A DNA stretch of 63,034 nt, the filler included, from Elsinoe ampelina (taxonomy: Eukaryota): NCBI GenBank assembly GCA_010093995.1. It is 3 parts of 3 records of this genome, joined end to end, with 100 filler letters (N's around TTAATTAATTAA, not from the genome) between each part and the next. Parts side by side here need not be neighbours in the genome. Positions count along the whole stretch, not along the records: positions 1 to 31,843 come from ML992551.1; positions 31,944 to 56,181 come from ML992552.1; 1 more part is not named here. The stretch is one strand, 5' to 3'. Below are positions 25,197 through 38,321 of the stretch, piece by piece. Below the pieces are notes generated by a model. It ran no database searches, had not been told where the DNA came from, and saw only the letters and a list, made by a program, of their open reading frames with translations. A program made the position numbers and the translations under genes. Every line of letters starts with the position of its first letter. Position 1 is the stretch's first letter.

Positions 25197-25692
25197 ACGA
25201 TTTGAGAGGGTTTAGGGAGGAGAAGTATACGTTCTAGAGCTGTTAGCTGTAGAAGTTTCAAGTTCGTATCTTACGGTCAGACGAGCCAGAGCGGTTCAGT
25301 TGTACGGACAAAGAGAAAGAGCCAATTCCAGCAGGCAGTCGGTAAGGCATGCGACATATGATGCTACGAAGGCGGAACTCCGAATAGGAAACCGAGTCGC
25401 TCAGGTGACGAGACTGTCGTAAAGAGAGGGTCAGGCATGGCGGTCGGGGTGCTGTGGTAAATGGCGAGTCCCCCTGCGAGCCTCCCATTCCTCGGTACTC
25501 AGCTCGAATCTTGAGCCCCTGTTGAAATGAAGTTGCCGATCAGGTGTTACGGCCTCGTGTACGGAAGGTCTGAGCGAACTTGCTGGCAGCCTTCGTCTCT
25601 TCATCACTCATGCGCATTGCTTGCCTGTTTGAATTGTACCTTTTGCAAAAGAGGCGAAAGAAGATGACCAGAGGTGTGTCGGAGGCGGTATC

Positions 25693-26450
25693 TTAGAGGA
25701 GCTCATCGACATCCAGTAGCTCAGTAAAACCACGCGCGCCATTGCTGTCGCGATCGATGTAAAACTGAAAATACAGCTTCTTGATGTTCGGTTTGGACTG
25801 GTAGAAGTGGCGGAGGTCCGTGGAGGTCCGCAATGAAAATGTCGAAACCGCAGATGATGAACACGGCATGCACCAATGCCCTGCCGTTGACAAGAGCGAG
25901 GGAATCCTTGAACTCCGAGTTGAAGATGAGAGAAGCTGCAGGTTTAAAGCCAAAGACGTCGATTCCCTCGTCATTCGCGAGAGTCCTGTCCATGATAATG
26001 CTATCCTAGACTCCGGCAGATGGCATACCCCCTCACATCCTCAAGCTCCGTAACAGACATGTGAGCCGTGTGCTTCAGGTACTGATGAGCGATGTCGCGC
26101 AAGTACTGCTTGTTGAGTTTGCGGTCGTTCTTGGACAGATTGGAGCTGGATCGCAAGATGCCGCGAACGAGACGTGGTACTGAGCAGGGGCGGTTCCTGT
26201 GGATGTGTTGAGCAATCCGCTGAGGACGAGCGATGATCCAGGCTTCCTCGTCATCGAAATCGAAGTGAGACGTATCAATCGTGTTTGTGATATGCATCGC
26301 CATTGTTTGCTCCTCATCATCGTCATCATCGTCTTCACCGTTTTCGTCATCGGTGATCTCGATGGGTTCATTGTTGTTCGTGGCGGACTGTTTGGTGGAT
26401 GGCGTTGGGCGGACTGGAACAGAGTCTGACGGGCGAGTAAGATTCGGCAC
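25693..26450 (-). CDS. Hypothetical protein (probably spliced; start unresolved)
   Basis: Two consecutive minus-strand ORFs with protein-like composition (acidic tract EDDDDDDEE); no family recognised. Confidence 0.35.
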
Positions 26451-27352
26451 CGCGGGGACTGGGTGTTTTTGTTTGGCCTTCTACTTGGAAGGGTTTGTTG
26501 GTTGGGCTGACTGATCTTCTGGAGATGGACGCTGAGGTGGGATGCCGGGTGACGTGTGGGCACGCTTGTGCGGGAGACCGGAAGAGACCTGAGTGATAAT
26601 CTGCTATCAATTGACGAGCTAGGCAGCATGTAGAGACATGATTGCTGACTGAGCAGACTACAGGCGAGAGCGGAGTGTCGGTGCCTTTGACGACGGGTCT
26701 GTGTTGGTCTGGTAGTATCTATACAAGCTATACTACCACATATTGCCATAGACGTAGATCCATGAGAATTCATTAGGTTGATCTGGTAGTTCTTGCCCAC
26801 TCGGCACTACCAGATCCGTTCGATCATTTCCAGAGAGGTGGCCCATAGCGTGACCGACCATCACCTCACCGATCGTTTTTGGGTGGGGGCCGCTGCGTAG
26901 ATACTCATAAAGTGACGTGTATGGTCACACGCCTTTAGCAGGATACCCAAGCAATGATACGTGCTTCAGATATATGTAGGCTTGGAAAAGGATTGTGTGG
27001 AGGAAGAGTGATGTTGGCCGAATCGAGATCGAGGTTCGCTCGTTCCATGCCGAGGTTGTCAGTCTCACAGACGCAGGAAATGGCGAGGTGCCATATTCTA
27101 ATCGAGGTCTGGTGGGATATATGGCGTGCAGAATCCTTGCTAAGTTACTAGCAGCTTCAGAGCCTGCTGGGTGCTGGTAGTTTGTATATCAGGAGTCCTA
27201 CCAGAACCGAAGTTGGTCAGAAACTTTTGCGTCCCAGAGGCGAGCGTGAGAATGAAGACGCGTGACGCGTCTCGCCGCGTTTTGTGGAATTGTCCCCTGA
27301 CGTCGGTCTCTTCCACCTGCATGCCACACATCGACATGCACATATCATTGCT

Positions 27353-28828
27353 ATGAAGCCATGGACCGGCGATATCAGTATCTCTGGTAGTACTCCGATC
27401 AAAGGTACGCCCTTCTACTGCCACAAGAGATCTCTTGCTGACCACGAACGATTAGATGTTCGTGTCGCGCAATCAGATGGCGCTGCACTGGCGCACAACG
27501 CCACATTGACACTCTTGTCCCCCGTAGACATCGCTCATGTACCACTCCATATCATATGTAGTCCGCCAACCGATGTAACGACGAGTAGCGAGGCCACCGC
27601 AGCCTGGTTCAGTCAGCTGCTGTGCAAGGGGCCGAATACGACGACCGAATGGTGGAACAGCGCCGCGCTGCAATCAGAAGCTGGATTCCTGGCCAGAATC
27701 GACGGTGCGAAGGGAGGCAACCCCGGCCAGATCAATCCGACAGAAGTGCTATTCTTCGCCTCTCGATCATCACCAACAAATGGCCTGCCATCACCGCCAC
27801 GATCATCGGAGAATCAGCCGGCACAGGACGAAAGACCCATCTCGATCAAGGCGATACTGCTGTCTTCTGATCTGTTGACTGTAGATGTATCAGCTACTCA
27901 ATTGACACCGCCACCATCTCCCAGACCGGCGGACTCATTCATTGAAGGAGCATTTGTTCTGAATCCTGATGCGTCAGCCACGTCAAACAAGCGCAAATCT
28001 CTGTCAGATACCTTCGATGAAGCTTCCAAGCGGCGCAGGCTTGCGAAGAAGGGCATCAAGCCTGGTGATCTTACCGACTCAGCGCAAAGTCAAGTCGCTT
28101 CGATCATCCCCTCATCAAGCCTTCACAAGTTCTCCACATCCAACCTCCAGGACAAGCGCCCCCTCAGCCGCGCCGCCTCACTACAGGTCTCCAAATCACG
28201 TTCCCAATCACCGGCCCCTCGCCCCACCACATCTCATGCTGAAGCCAAAATTCCCTCCAATCCCATCGAGCAACGCAACAAGGACCTCGTCTCCCGCCTC
28301 ATCCTCGCAGGCATGCGCCTCCACGGTCTCTCACAGACCAAGTCAAAGACAATCTCTCGAACCGAAGAGGAGAAAGCCGCCGACGAGGAATTCAAGCTCA
28401 TCTACCACAACACTCTCAAAGCCATCTCCTTTGCTTTCCGGGCTAGCATCGGCTCGACAGATCTGAAACCTCACACAGTGCTCGTACAGGAGAAAATGGA
28501 GACCATGCTGACGCTATTCTGCTCCGATCCGCTGTCTCAGCCTGGATTTGGGATGGAGGACATGACGCCCAGTGGGAGGACGCCGTTCAAGACGCCGACT
28601 ATGCAGCAGGGTGGTGCGGCCGGGTTCCCTTTCCCTGCTTCAGTGGAGAAGGTGGTGGAGTCTAGTCCGGCACAACAGATTATGGCGAGGGGGCTGAACA
28701 TCTCTGTGCCAGTGGTGGGTACATCAGATGGGCGCACAGGTCAGAGAGAAGGTGAAGGCGAGATGACAGGCAAAGCACCAGTCCAGCCTGCCGCGCAGAG
28801 CGGACGTAAGCGAGCACCAGGTTTCTGA
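27353..28828 (+). CDS. SLD7: Sld7 C-terminal-domain protein
   Basis: NKDLVSRLILAGMRLHGL...EFKLIYHNTLKAISFAFR...METMLTLFC resembles the Pezizomycotina Sld7 C-terminal domain; first ATG at 27353. Confidence 0.7.
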   Translation: MKPWTGDISISGSTPIKGTPFYCHKRSLADHERLDVRVAQSDGAALAHNATLTLLSPVDIAHVPLHIICSPPTDVTTSSEATAAWFSQLLCKGPNTTTEWWNSAALQSEAGFLARIDGAKGGNPGQINPTEVLFFASRSSPTNGLPSPPRSSENQPAQDERPISIKAILLSSDLLTVDVSATQLTPPPSPRPADSFIEGAFVLNPDASATSNKRKSLSDTFDEASKRRRLAKKGIKPGDLTDSAQSQVASIIPSSSLHKFSTSNLQDKRPLSRAASLQVSKSRSQSPAPRPTTSHAEAKIPSNPIEQRNKDLVSRLILAGMRLHGLSQTKSKTISRTEEEKAADEEFKLIYHNTLKAISFAFRASIGSTDLKPHTVLVQEKMETMLTLFCSDPLSQPGFGMEDMTPSGRTPFKTPTMQQGGAAGFPFPASVEKVVESSPAQQIMARGLNISVPVVGTSDGRTGQREGEGEMTGKAPVQPAAQSGRKRAPGF

Positions 28829-28996
28829 TCATCTACTGCGAGGACGATATAACGAAGGAACGACCATGTATAAATACCAATACCCCAGCCAGCGCAATGC
28901 CATCTACTTGATGTAACGTACAATCGTGAACCATGCCCATCATCAACGCGGGTATCTCGAGCCCAAACTCCAATGCATTCCCTCTTCGTAACCTCC

Positions 28997-30994
28997 TCAA
29001 CGGATCTCAAACTGTCCGTCGTCTTCGAGCTCATCGCTATCCCACTCGTCCTCCTGGTCGTTCTGCGCCATCTGTACGAATCTACGAAGAGCAGCGGCTT
29101 CTCGCTCCTCCACTTGACCTGGCGCAGCAACTGCTCCACCGAGACCTCTGGCTCCCCTACCGCCGCGTTGTCCACCATTGACGTTGGGCGGGTGAGGACC
29201 GTTCTGGCCCCTCCCCCGTCTACCACGTCCCTGTCCCCGCCCCTGCTGACCAGGTCCCACCACTCGCCGATCCATCTCGTCCCTGGCGTACCGACCCCTC
29301 CCCCTCCGCTGACCACCCATGACCACCTCCGGCTCCTGCGGCCACGGCACAACCTGCACTTCAGGCTGCTGGTCCTGGATCCTAGCCTCCTCCATCGCCA
29401 GCACCATGGCGTGCATAGGATCAATCGGCCCCGGCGGGGGATCCTGCGGTGCGAAGAACTGTCTATGCCTCTCCCTCGCGGCCGCGTCGATGGGTTGCGG
29501 CGGCCGCGGCAGGACCAGGAAAGCCTGCATTGGCTCGATGCGAATCTCACCCGCCGGACCATTTTGTTCCGCGGCTTGCTCTTGCTCTGCCAAGGCCGCG
29601 TCCTCTTCCTCTTGTGCCTGCCGGGCAATGTCGATGGCTTCTTGCTCCCACCGCCGAGCGCCTTGGAAGTGCGCGTTGCCTTGGCCGTCGTCGCCTTCTT
29701 CGAGTTCCCAGAGGCGCATGTAGCATCCCAGACCTTTTTGGTTGAAGTGTTGATAGGGGTTGCCCGGTTCGAGCCAGGCGCCGCAGAGGTAGCAGAAGTG
29801 GGTGTTGCATTGGAAGCATTTCATGTGGTTGCAGCCCATGGTCTTTTGGACGGGGGAGGAGCAGGTGGGGCAGGGGGAGGTGTGTTGGCGGATGTAGTCG
29901 TAGGAGGCTTTCTCTTCTTCGGAGAGGTCGGCAGGGTTGCGTGGCCAGCAGCGAGCGAATTCTCCATGCCAGCCGCAGTAGCAGACGCGGCAGAAGGCGA
30001 GGAGGCATTTGGGGTTGGAACAGATGGCGAGGCGATCAGCGGGGACAGGAAGCTTGTTCTCTGGGGTATCCTTGGTGTACGCGGGTGGCGGATCAGAAGA
30101 CTCGTCGGAGGAGTCGTCGACGTAGAGGTTGAGATCATCAGGGATGGGAGGATATTTGTTGCTTCGTGCCGGAGCTTGACACCACGTGCGAGGGCAGTAG
30201 ATGGTCGATTTGTCCGATTCCAGCTTCTTCTTGCGCTTGAGCTCAACATACCGTCGCGCTTGTGCCTCTTCTACACCTATGACCAAGAGTTCTCCAGGAT
30301 GTATCGGCTTGCGTTTCTGCTGTGGCTCGCCAGGTTTGCCTTTACCACAAGATGGCTCAAGACAACTGATGTTCCCGACGTCTCCCTCCGTGATGGCGGA
30401 GTTGTAGAAGTCTTGTAGACATGCCCTGCAAAAGACATGCCCGCACGCAGACATCCGGTGACAAAGCGTTCCCTTCTTCGGCTCGAGGCAGACACCACAG
30501 TCGTAGCTACTTCTTTCGAAGATCTCCTTGTCACGCGCCCTGCTAAACTCAACGAGCTCTTCCTTGAGTTGCGGCTTGACAGTGATGGTATGTGGTAGGT
30601 CGAAGAAACGTTCGGCGGCTTGCTGGACATGATCGATGTATGTGTATAGTATCTGGCAACGACCATACTCCTCCCAAAGCTTTTCACATTCGCTCTCCAG
30701 GTCTTGCAGCTTCTCTGCGTTGATCCATGCCGGTTTTGCTTCCAGCTGGACTCGCGGCGGAACGCTATCAGGATAGCCAGGTGGCAGCTTCGCCCTGAGT
30801 TGGAGGGGAGGTAGATGCGTCACGGGAGAGGCGTCGAGTCCTGCATCCTGACAATGTTCGGTGACGACGGAGACGGCCTCGGTCGGGGCGACTGGTATCA
30901 GTAGGGACATAGTGTAGGCGTCCTGCTTGTCGACAACGATCTCGGGGAAGATGGACGAAAGCGAGGTTATTTCTTCCTCCCTCTCGTCGTCCAT
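28997..30994 (-). CDS. ITT1: RWD + RBR (RING-IBR-RING) E3 ubiquitin ligase, Itt1/RNF14-like
   Basis: N-terminal RWD (EEITSLSSIFPE..LPPGYP); RING1 CGVC..CGHVFCRAC..C; IBR YCPRTWC..AFCRVC..WHG; RING2 CPTC..KTMGCNHMKCFQCNTHFCYLC. ATG at 30994. Confidence 0.9.
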   Translation of the reverse strand: MDDEREEEITSLSSIFPEIVVDKQDAYTMSLLIPVAPTEAVSVVTEHCQDAGLDASPVTHLPPLQLRAKLPPGYPDSVPPRVQLEAKPAWINAEKLQDLESECEKLWEEYGRCQILYTYIDHVQQAAERFFDLPHTITVKPQLKEELVEFSRARDKEIFERSSYDCGVCLEPKKGTLCHRMSACGHVFCRACLQDFYNSAITEGDVGNISCLEPSCGKGKPGEPQQKRKPIHPGELLVIGVEEAQARRYVELKRKKKLESDKSTIYCPRTWCQAPARSNKYPPIPDDLNLYVDDSSDESSDPPPAYTKDTPENKLPVPADRLAICSNPKCLLAFCRVCYCGWHGEFARCWPRNPADLSEEEKASYDYIRQHTSPCPTCSSPVQKTMGCNHMKCFQCNTHFCYLCGAWLEPGNPYQHFNQKGLGCYMRLWELEEGDDGQGNAHFQGARRWEQEAIDIARQAQEEEDAALAEQEQAAEQNGPAGEIRIEPMQAFLVLPRPPQPIDAAARERHRQFFAPQDPPPGPIDPMHAMVLAMEEARIQDQQPEVQVVPWPQEPEVVMGGQRRGRGRYARDEMDRRVVGPGQQGRGQGRGRRGRGQNGPHPPNVNGGQRGGRGARGLGGAVAAPGQVEEREAAALRRFVQMAQNDQEDEWDSDELEDDGQFEIR

Positions 30995-31198
30995 AATTGC
31001 TACCGGAGGTGGCAATCGAGGTAGGTATGCATGAGTGTATGTGAATAGCGAGAGATGAATCGCTATAACATTCTTTCAAAGAAGTCTAAGCCAGCTCCAA
31101 GGATTACTGAGCGGATAGAAGGTCCCGGATATCTGAAAGAGAAAAGGATGAAGGTGGAATGCGCTTGAGAAGCAAAGTGAGGATAACTTTGTATGGGG

Positions 31199-31843
31199 TG
31201 TTGTAACTAGCAAATCGGATCGAGAGACGTGTGTTTCATTCAGAGAGTTATAATAACCGATTTATCTACTGTGCGTGCGCTGACTTATTAGTACCAGTTC
31301 TTTAGTACTAGAGAAGCTATACCAGCCTTCTATTACAACACTCCCCCTCTGGTATAGATTACTAAAGCTAGAGAACTGTCCTGTTATATGTAAGTAAAGT
31401 AATTAGCTTATTACTTTATCTCTTTATAATTGCTTATAATTGTTAGTGTTAGCTAATCATTAGTGAGAATTTACTATTAGTTTAGCTTATGATTGCTAGC
31501 AATAATAGTAACTATTAATAATAGCTAGGCAGCTATTGTTTATGTAAATAGACTAGCTTATAAGTCTTAATTAAAGAGATATAAGTATCTAACTAGCCTC
31601 TTTATAATTTCTCTTTCCTTTATTACACTTATAGTAGTAGCCTTTTCTTTTATATAATACTTTTACCTTCTTACTATGCTATATTAATAACACTTATAAT
31701 ATAAGCGCTATAGTATAGCAATAGCTAGGCATTAGTAGTATTACTGCTAGTGCTAGTGCTCTAAGTAGTCTACTAGGTAGCGGAGGTAGTAGTAAGAAGA
31801 GAAATCCTCTATTAAGGTTGCCTAGTACTTCTAATGTTAATTA
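31199..31843 (-). mobile_element. Copia family A 3' end (3' LTR 31199-31340, PPT, part of the 3' region), cut by a scaffold join
   Basis: 142-bp LTR TGTTG...CAACA with little RIP damage; CTCCCCCTCT (PPT reverse complement) at 31341-31350. Confidence 0.9.
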
Positions 31844-31943
31844 NNNNNNNNNNNNNNNNNNNNNNNNNNNNNNNNNNNNNNNNNNNNTTAATTAATTAAN
31901 NNNNNNNNNNNNNNNNNNNNNNNNNNNNNNNNNNNNNNNNNNN
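31844..31943. other. Artificial scaffold-joining linker
   Basis: 44 N + TTAATTAATTAA (stops in all six frames) + 44 N; identical structure at 56182-56281. Confidence 0.9.
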
Positions 31944-34900
31944 CTTTAAGTAGTACTCTAAGAAAGTACTAAAGAGTTAGAGCAAAAGGAATAACAAAGA
32001 TAGGTTAAATAACAAAGACATAAAGGCTAAAGGCAAAGGTAACAAGTTAAAGACTAAGAAAGTTAGAGGTTAAGTAGCTATTAAAGAATCTAGAGAACCT
32101 ACTAAGGTAGGTAAATTAGATAAACGCTCTAACACTAATATTGATATTATTACACTAGTCTATAGAGTAGTAGTAGTATCTATATTATTATTCTTAACCT
32201 ATAGCAAGAATAGAGTAATCTATAACTCTAGTACGTTAAGGCACTTTATTAAAGACAAGTTATAGTTCTTAACAATTAAGGTACATAAAGGTGTTTTTAA
32301 ATTTAAATAAGCTATTAGCACAAAGAAGCTACTTAATGCAGAAGTTAGTATAGTTAGGCTTACTCTAACTAATAGCAAAGGTAAGAAGTTAATTATTAAG
32401 CTTTATAATTNNNNNNNNNNNNNNNNNNNNNNNNNNNNNNNNNNNNNNNNNNNNNNNNNNNNNNNNNNNNNNNNNNNNNNNNNNNNNNNNNNNNNNNNNN
32501 NNNNNNNNNNNNNNNNNNNNNNNNNNNNNNNNNNNNNNNNNNNNNNNNNNNNNNNNNNNNNNNNNNNNNNNNNNNNNNNNNNNNNNNNNNNNNNNNNNNN
32601 NNNNNNNNNNNNNNNNNNNNNNNNNNNNNNNNNNNNNNNNNNNNNNNNNNNNNNNNNNNNNNNNNNNNNNNNNNNNNNNNNNNNNNNNNNNNNNNNNNNN
32701 NNNNNNNNNNNNNNNNNNNNNNNNNNNNNNNNNNNNNNNNNNNNNNNNNNNNNNNNNNNNNNNNNNNNNNNNNNNNNNNNNNNNNNNNNNNNNNNNNNNN
32801 NNNNNNNNNNNNNNNNNNNNNNNNNNNNNNNNNNNNNNNNNNNNNNNNNNNNNNNNNNNNNNNNNNNNNNNNNNNNNNNNNNNNNNNNNNNNNNNNNNNN
32901 NNNNNNNNNNNNNNNNNNNNNNNNNNNNNNNNNNNNNNNNNNNNNNNNNNNNNNNNNNNNNNNNNNNNNNNNNNNNNNNNNNNNNNNNNNNNNNNNNNNN
33001 NNNNNNNNNNNNNNNNNNNNNNNNNNNNNNNNNNNNNNNNNNNNNNNNNNNNNNNNNNNNNNNNNNNNNNNNNNNNNNNNNNNNNNNNNNNNNNNNNNNN
33101 NNNNNNNNNNAGACTATTAGCTAACATAATTAAAGCCTACTCTAACTTAGACTTTGCTAGAGATAGATTAACTACAAGATCTATATCTAGTACTATTATT
33201 TATATGCTTAGTGCACTAGTTATTTAGAAGTTAAGGCTATAGAAGATTATTATGTTGTTAAGTACTAAGGCTAAATACCTTACCCTTACTAAGACCTATA
33301 GAGAGATTAATTAGTTAAGAAACCTTATTATTAAACTTAGGCTACTTACTAATATCTACCTTAGTCTAACTATAGTTTTTGTTAATAACAAATTAGCTAT
33401 TAAACTTATAAGAGATTATACTAACTTAAGAAGATCTAAGTATATTAATCTAAGGAATTACTACTATAGAGAGTAGCATAAACTTAGAGTAATTAAGCTT
33501 AAGTATATTAATACAACTTAGTAATTAGCTAATACACTTATAAAGCCTAAGTCTCCTAATAAGATTCTTAATTAATTAGCAAAGGCTAATTACTTAGTAT
33601 ATATCTACACTATACACTTATTTAGATTTTATATATATTATTATTTTAAGTATGTTATTTATGCTACTACTACTTATTAAGCTATCTTATTTATCTAAAG
33701 CTTAAAGTAAATTGTTTTATTATTAAGAAGAGAGAAAGGAAAAGCTATTATAACTCTATTACTAGCTACTTATACCTAAGCTATATCTACTACTTAGTAC
33801 TATTATTACCTTTAACAACTCTTACCTATCCTCTACCTTAAATTACTTCTTTATAGAAGGAGAACTCCTTCCCTTATTACTACTAGTAGACCTTATAGAA
33901 GTGTTAGATCTAGACCTACTATGCCTTATTAGTGCTAGGCTTAGTGTAAAGGCATAAATAGAAGAAAGCTAACTAGGATAGCTAGTAGCTATAATCCTTA
34001 TAAGCTCTACTATATAGTTTATTACTATAGTAGCTAAGTTATAAACCTTAGTAGTAGTTAGGTTAGTAGGATCTACAAAGTTTATAGAGACTACTATAAA
34101 GTAGTAAGAGTTAGTATAAGTTATTAAGGTGTTAACTACACCTAATAATGCCTCTAGTATATAGGCCCTTAGTAAGAACCTCTAAGGCAAAGCACTACTA
34201 AAAGAGATAGACCTTAGGAGCTCTATTAGTAGGTGTATTAGGCTATATAGAATAGGCTAGGTAATAACTCTTAAGCTACTTAGGGTCCTTATAGGTTTAG
34301 AAGAGCTAACAGGCCTTAGAGTTAGAGTATAGTTAGCTAAGAAACATCTAGCATATTAGTTGCTATAAGTATAGCAAGTGTAGGCCTTATTAAGCTAACT
34401 AGGTAAAGTAATACACTTACTAAACTTACTACCCCTGCCCTTACTCTAATTATTGCTAGGGTTAGATCCCTAACACTTAGTACAGTAATTAGTGCTATAG
34501 TAAACTACTCTACTAGTAGTACTAGAAGCTATTAAAGTAGTAGAGTAGTTAGCAAATCTAGTAAGGTTAACTTACTTAGTTAGATCCTTAACTAGAATAG
34601 GATTAGTAACTACTAGGTGTACACTATAGGTACTAAAGGCCTAGACTACTATAGACCTCTAGATAGGATATAAGTTAGCATAGTTATAATAACTAATTAT
34701 CCTAAGCCTAAGAAGAGTATTCTAGATTATGTCGGCTAACTATTAAGTTAAAGTCTAGGTTAATTAGGCTATTAATATTAGCTTATACTATTAATACTTT
34801 ATAGCTACTTACTAAGAGTATTAAGACGAGTAATTAGTCTTATAGTAGTATTATAATTAACATTAGAAGTACTAGGCAACCTTAATAGAGAATTTCTCTT

Positions 34901-35980
34901 CTTACTACTACCTCCACTACCTAGTAGACTACTTAGAGTACTAGCACTAGTAGCAATGCTACTAATGCCTAGCTATTGCTATACTATAGCGCTTATATTA
35001 TAAGTGTTATTAATGTAGCATAGTAAGAAGGTAAAAGTGTTATATAAAAGAAAAGGCTACTACTATAAGTATAATAAAGAAAGGAGAAATTATAAAGAGG
35101 CTAGCTAGATACTTATATCTCTTTAATTAAGACTTATAAGCTAGTCTATTTACATAAACAATAGCTGCCTAGCTATTGTTAATAGTTACTATTGTTGCTA
35201 GTAATTATAAGCCAAACTAATAGTAAATTCTCACTAATGATTAGCTAACACTAACAATTATAAGTAATTACAAAGAGATAAAGTAATAAGCTAATCACTT
35301 TACTTACATATAATAGGATAGTTCTCTAGCTTTAACAATCTATACTAGAGAGGGAGTGTTATAATAGAAGGCTAGTATAGCTTCTCTAGTACTAAAGAAC
35401 TAGCACTAATAAGTCAGCGCACGCACAGTAGNNNNNNNNNNTACTAATGCCTAGCTATTACTATACTATAGCGCTTATGTTATAAGTGTTATTAATGTAG
35501 TATAGTAAGAAGGTAAAAGTATTATATAAAAGAAAAAGCTACTACTATAAGTGTAATAAAGGAAAGAGAAATTATAAAGAGGCTAGTTAGATACTTATAT
35601 CTCTTTAATTAAGACTTATAAGCTAGTCTATTTATATAAACAATAGCTGCCTAGCTATTGTTAATAGTTACTATTGTTACTAGCAATTATAAGCTAAACT
35701 AATAGTAAATTCTCACTAATAATTAGCTAACACTAATAATTACAAGTAATTACAAAGAGATAAAGTAATAAGCTAATTACTTTACTTACATGTAACAGGA
35801 CAGTTCTCTAGCTTTAGCAATCTATACCAGAGGGGGAGTGTTGTAATGGAAGGCTGGTATAGCTTCTCTGGTACTAAAGAACTGGTACTGATGAGTCAGC
35901 GCACGCACAGTAGATAAATCGGTTATTGTAACTCTCTGAATGAAACACACGTCTCTCGATCCGATTTGCTAGTTACAACA
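31944..35980 (+). mobile_element. Copia family A element(s), gapped: gag/protease region, RNase H region, 3' region and 3' LTR
   Basis: 31944-32410 matches 10684-11150. RNase H-like relic (LSTKAKYL, FVNNKLAI, KYINLR, LANTLIK) at ~33250-33545. Partial LTR 35357-35431; full LTR 35839-35980 with PPT 35829-35838. Confidence 0.9.
33760..34996 (-). pseudogene. Second, diverged copy of the antisense Cys-rich ORF of Copia A (boundaries approximate)
   Basis: Minus frame ~34490-34340 reads YCTKC*GSNP..GRGSKFSKCITLPS*LNKAYTCYTYSN*YARCFL. Confidence 0.6.
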
Positions 35981-36225
35981 TAACTCACTTCCCAAGCAGA
36001 TCTCTACTGTACTTCTCGATCATATCGACTATCAATTGCATCTGACCAATGGTCATACGATTTCCTGATTCATTTGTCAATATGAAGATGTAGTTCTCAA
36101 TCCTTTCAATCATTTCTGGGTCTTGCTGGCCAGCCAAAGAAGGTGTCGTCGGGAGGCAGGTATGTTTGGCGGGATCTGAGTAATAATCTACGACTGGTCA
36201 GTACCTCGAACTCGGCCTCGGACAT

Positions 36226-37039
36226 TCACTGACCGCTGATCGTTCCCCTGAGAGCACATTTGATTAGATCTTCGTCGAACATGGCCAGAAGCCCTCCGCA
36301 CTCCCGGATGAAGTTGGTCCGGGTGTACTTGGTCGTTGGAGCAGTTCCCCCGCCTCCACGCCCTTTCACGGTTTGATCTGGTAGGACGTCAGCTTGGGTC
36401 ACGCATGCTCTCGTATGACAGACCGAAATGATGCCACATTCCGAGAAGGAAGTAGACTCCTCCGCCCTCGTAAGCATAGTGGAACAGCTCGCATTCTACC
36501 CTGAAGAATGGTAGCTCGTCTCTTTTGAGTGGGAACCGCTTCGGCGTTTTTGGCGCTGGTGAAGACTGCAACAGCTTCTGGACTTCGTCGATACGGCGGC
36601 TTATCGGCAAGTTGTCCCTCGCTTGCTGCGTCATAGTCTGGGTAGTCGCCTCATCTTTGGCGGCCGCCAGGTATCTGAGAAGAACTTCAGGTGGTATACT
36701 CGCAGCCAGTGGTTGAAGTGCCTTGGCAGCTGCTTCGTCGGCAATGAGTGTGGTGTAGTTGTCGATATCCTCCTGGCCTTTCACCCATATACGATCGGCT
36801 TCATCGTCCTCGGACGAAGCTTCAGCATAGTTGAGAGTGGTACGGGCTCGAGGACTGAGAGGAGCTGGTGCAGATCTGACGAGATCATCGTCGCTGTCGT
36901 CCAAGTCATCGGGAGCTGCAGCACGTCTAGCTGCAGACTTCTTCTTAGTCGCTTTGCGTCGAGCAGTCACAGGCACTCGAGATGACACCCCATCGTCGTC
37001 TGATGACTTGTCATTCGCATTGGCGGACTTGGGAGCCAT
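36226..37039 (-). CDS. Hypothetical protein (probably spliced; 3' exons uncertain)
   Basis: ATG at 37039 (MAPKSANANDK..), basic NLS-like RRKATKKK, acidic tracts; a downstream ORF at 36226-36477 is in another frame. Confidence 0.45.
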
Positions 37040-38321
37040 GAAGGACGAGAGGATGCCACAGTAATGGACGAATGACCTGAAGTGCAAATTTCAAAAGATT
37101 GAGGTTATGATTGGGAGCATCGGCGGGAGGAGCAGGATGGGAAGAAGCGGATCAGGAGACTATCACAGGAGATCAATCAAGGTGTGGCATGCAGCGGGGC
37201 GGCAGAAGCGGGCACTTGAAGCATGATTATTGGGACAGACCCGGAACACTACTCCGCTCGATTCTACGGTTGCTATTGACTGGCACCCCTCAAGACGACT
37301 ATCTAGTTCCTCTGCGCTTGGTCCGACACGATCTGGTTGATCTGGACCTGCAGGGCTGTGACACCAGCTGCATCCGCTCCTCTCGTATTGCTCGGCAAAC
37401 CTCGGATACCTTGCCCGACCTAAAGCAGTCAATATAACTGTGATATGTGGACGAATTGTCCGGGCTACTCACTGGAAGTCCTTCAGCCTGCAACTGTAGT
37501 ATTTGCATCATCGTATCGCCCCTATTCCTGTCCACTCTACAAGCATTCTGGCGAAGGTCTTCGAGCTGTCCGATAGTCATGATTCTGTATCTGGTGAATA
37601 TCTGTCGGACGAAAGCATTTCTGTCGTCCAGGTACTGCTGAGATGCCATAGTGGGGGCCAGAATCACGAACAAGAAAGCCAAGTTGATAATGGCGGAGGC
37701 GGGAATCAAGGCAGTACCCAACTTTTGCCAAGCTCATCTGAGGGCTCGTTTGTCTTTGTCTGATTTACCTGCAAGCCGACAAACGTGATACGCTTTGTTT
37801 TTGTTGCGGTGTGGTCGGGGAGAAGGCGGATATCTTCAGGTGACACAAGTTACAGGGATGCATTCGATAGCTGCAGACGAGGCGTTCGTGCCGTGTGGGT
37901 CAACTTGACCGCTCGAGCAGTGACGAGAAATATGCATGCATGTCTCTGATTAGATTGATGAGCATGGACAATACTCCGGTCGGGAAGAACCATCTGACGA
38001 ACAGGAAAACGCATGAGGTCGTGCGGGAGGCGGGGCATCCCGTTTTGCCACACCGCGGATGTCAATCTGTTTTTGTTCCGTCTTTCATGCATCATTGACA
38101 ACGCAGCATAATGATTCACCTGCGGTATGTGCATACAAGGTTTGTGAATTGCTGATCGATCGAATGCTTTGTCCCGCCCGGCGTATTGACCGGACCTTCT
38201 GACCTTGTGATCACGTGCTGAGTATTCATCCGAGCTTACTCCATTGATCTCATTTGCAGCTATCCACATTCGTCGGGCCTCATCTTTCGCAGGATCTCAC
38301 CAGAGATTTCATACCAGAACC

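Noticed and set aside
28741..30418. Long overlapping ORFs of 481 aa (plus) and 295 aa (minus)
   Set aside because: Antisense or alternative-frame shadows of the GC-rich ITT1-like gene.
31199..35980. Apparent single element with inverted LTRs, or a second head-to-head Copia pair
   Set aside because: An artificial linker at 31844-31943 separates the two ends, and the flanks (TGGGG vs TAACT) are not a TSD.
34960..35980. Tandem duplication of the Copia 3' end and LTR
   Set aside because: The two copies are separated by a 10-N gap; this is most simply unmerged repeat contigs.
37163..37721. Short minus-strand ORFs (and 52293-52550 plus) as genes
   Set aside because: Plausible but without a recognisable motif or a convincing splice model; not supportable from sequence alone.
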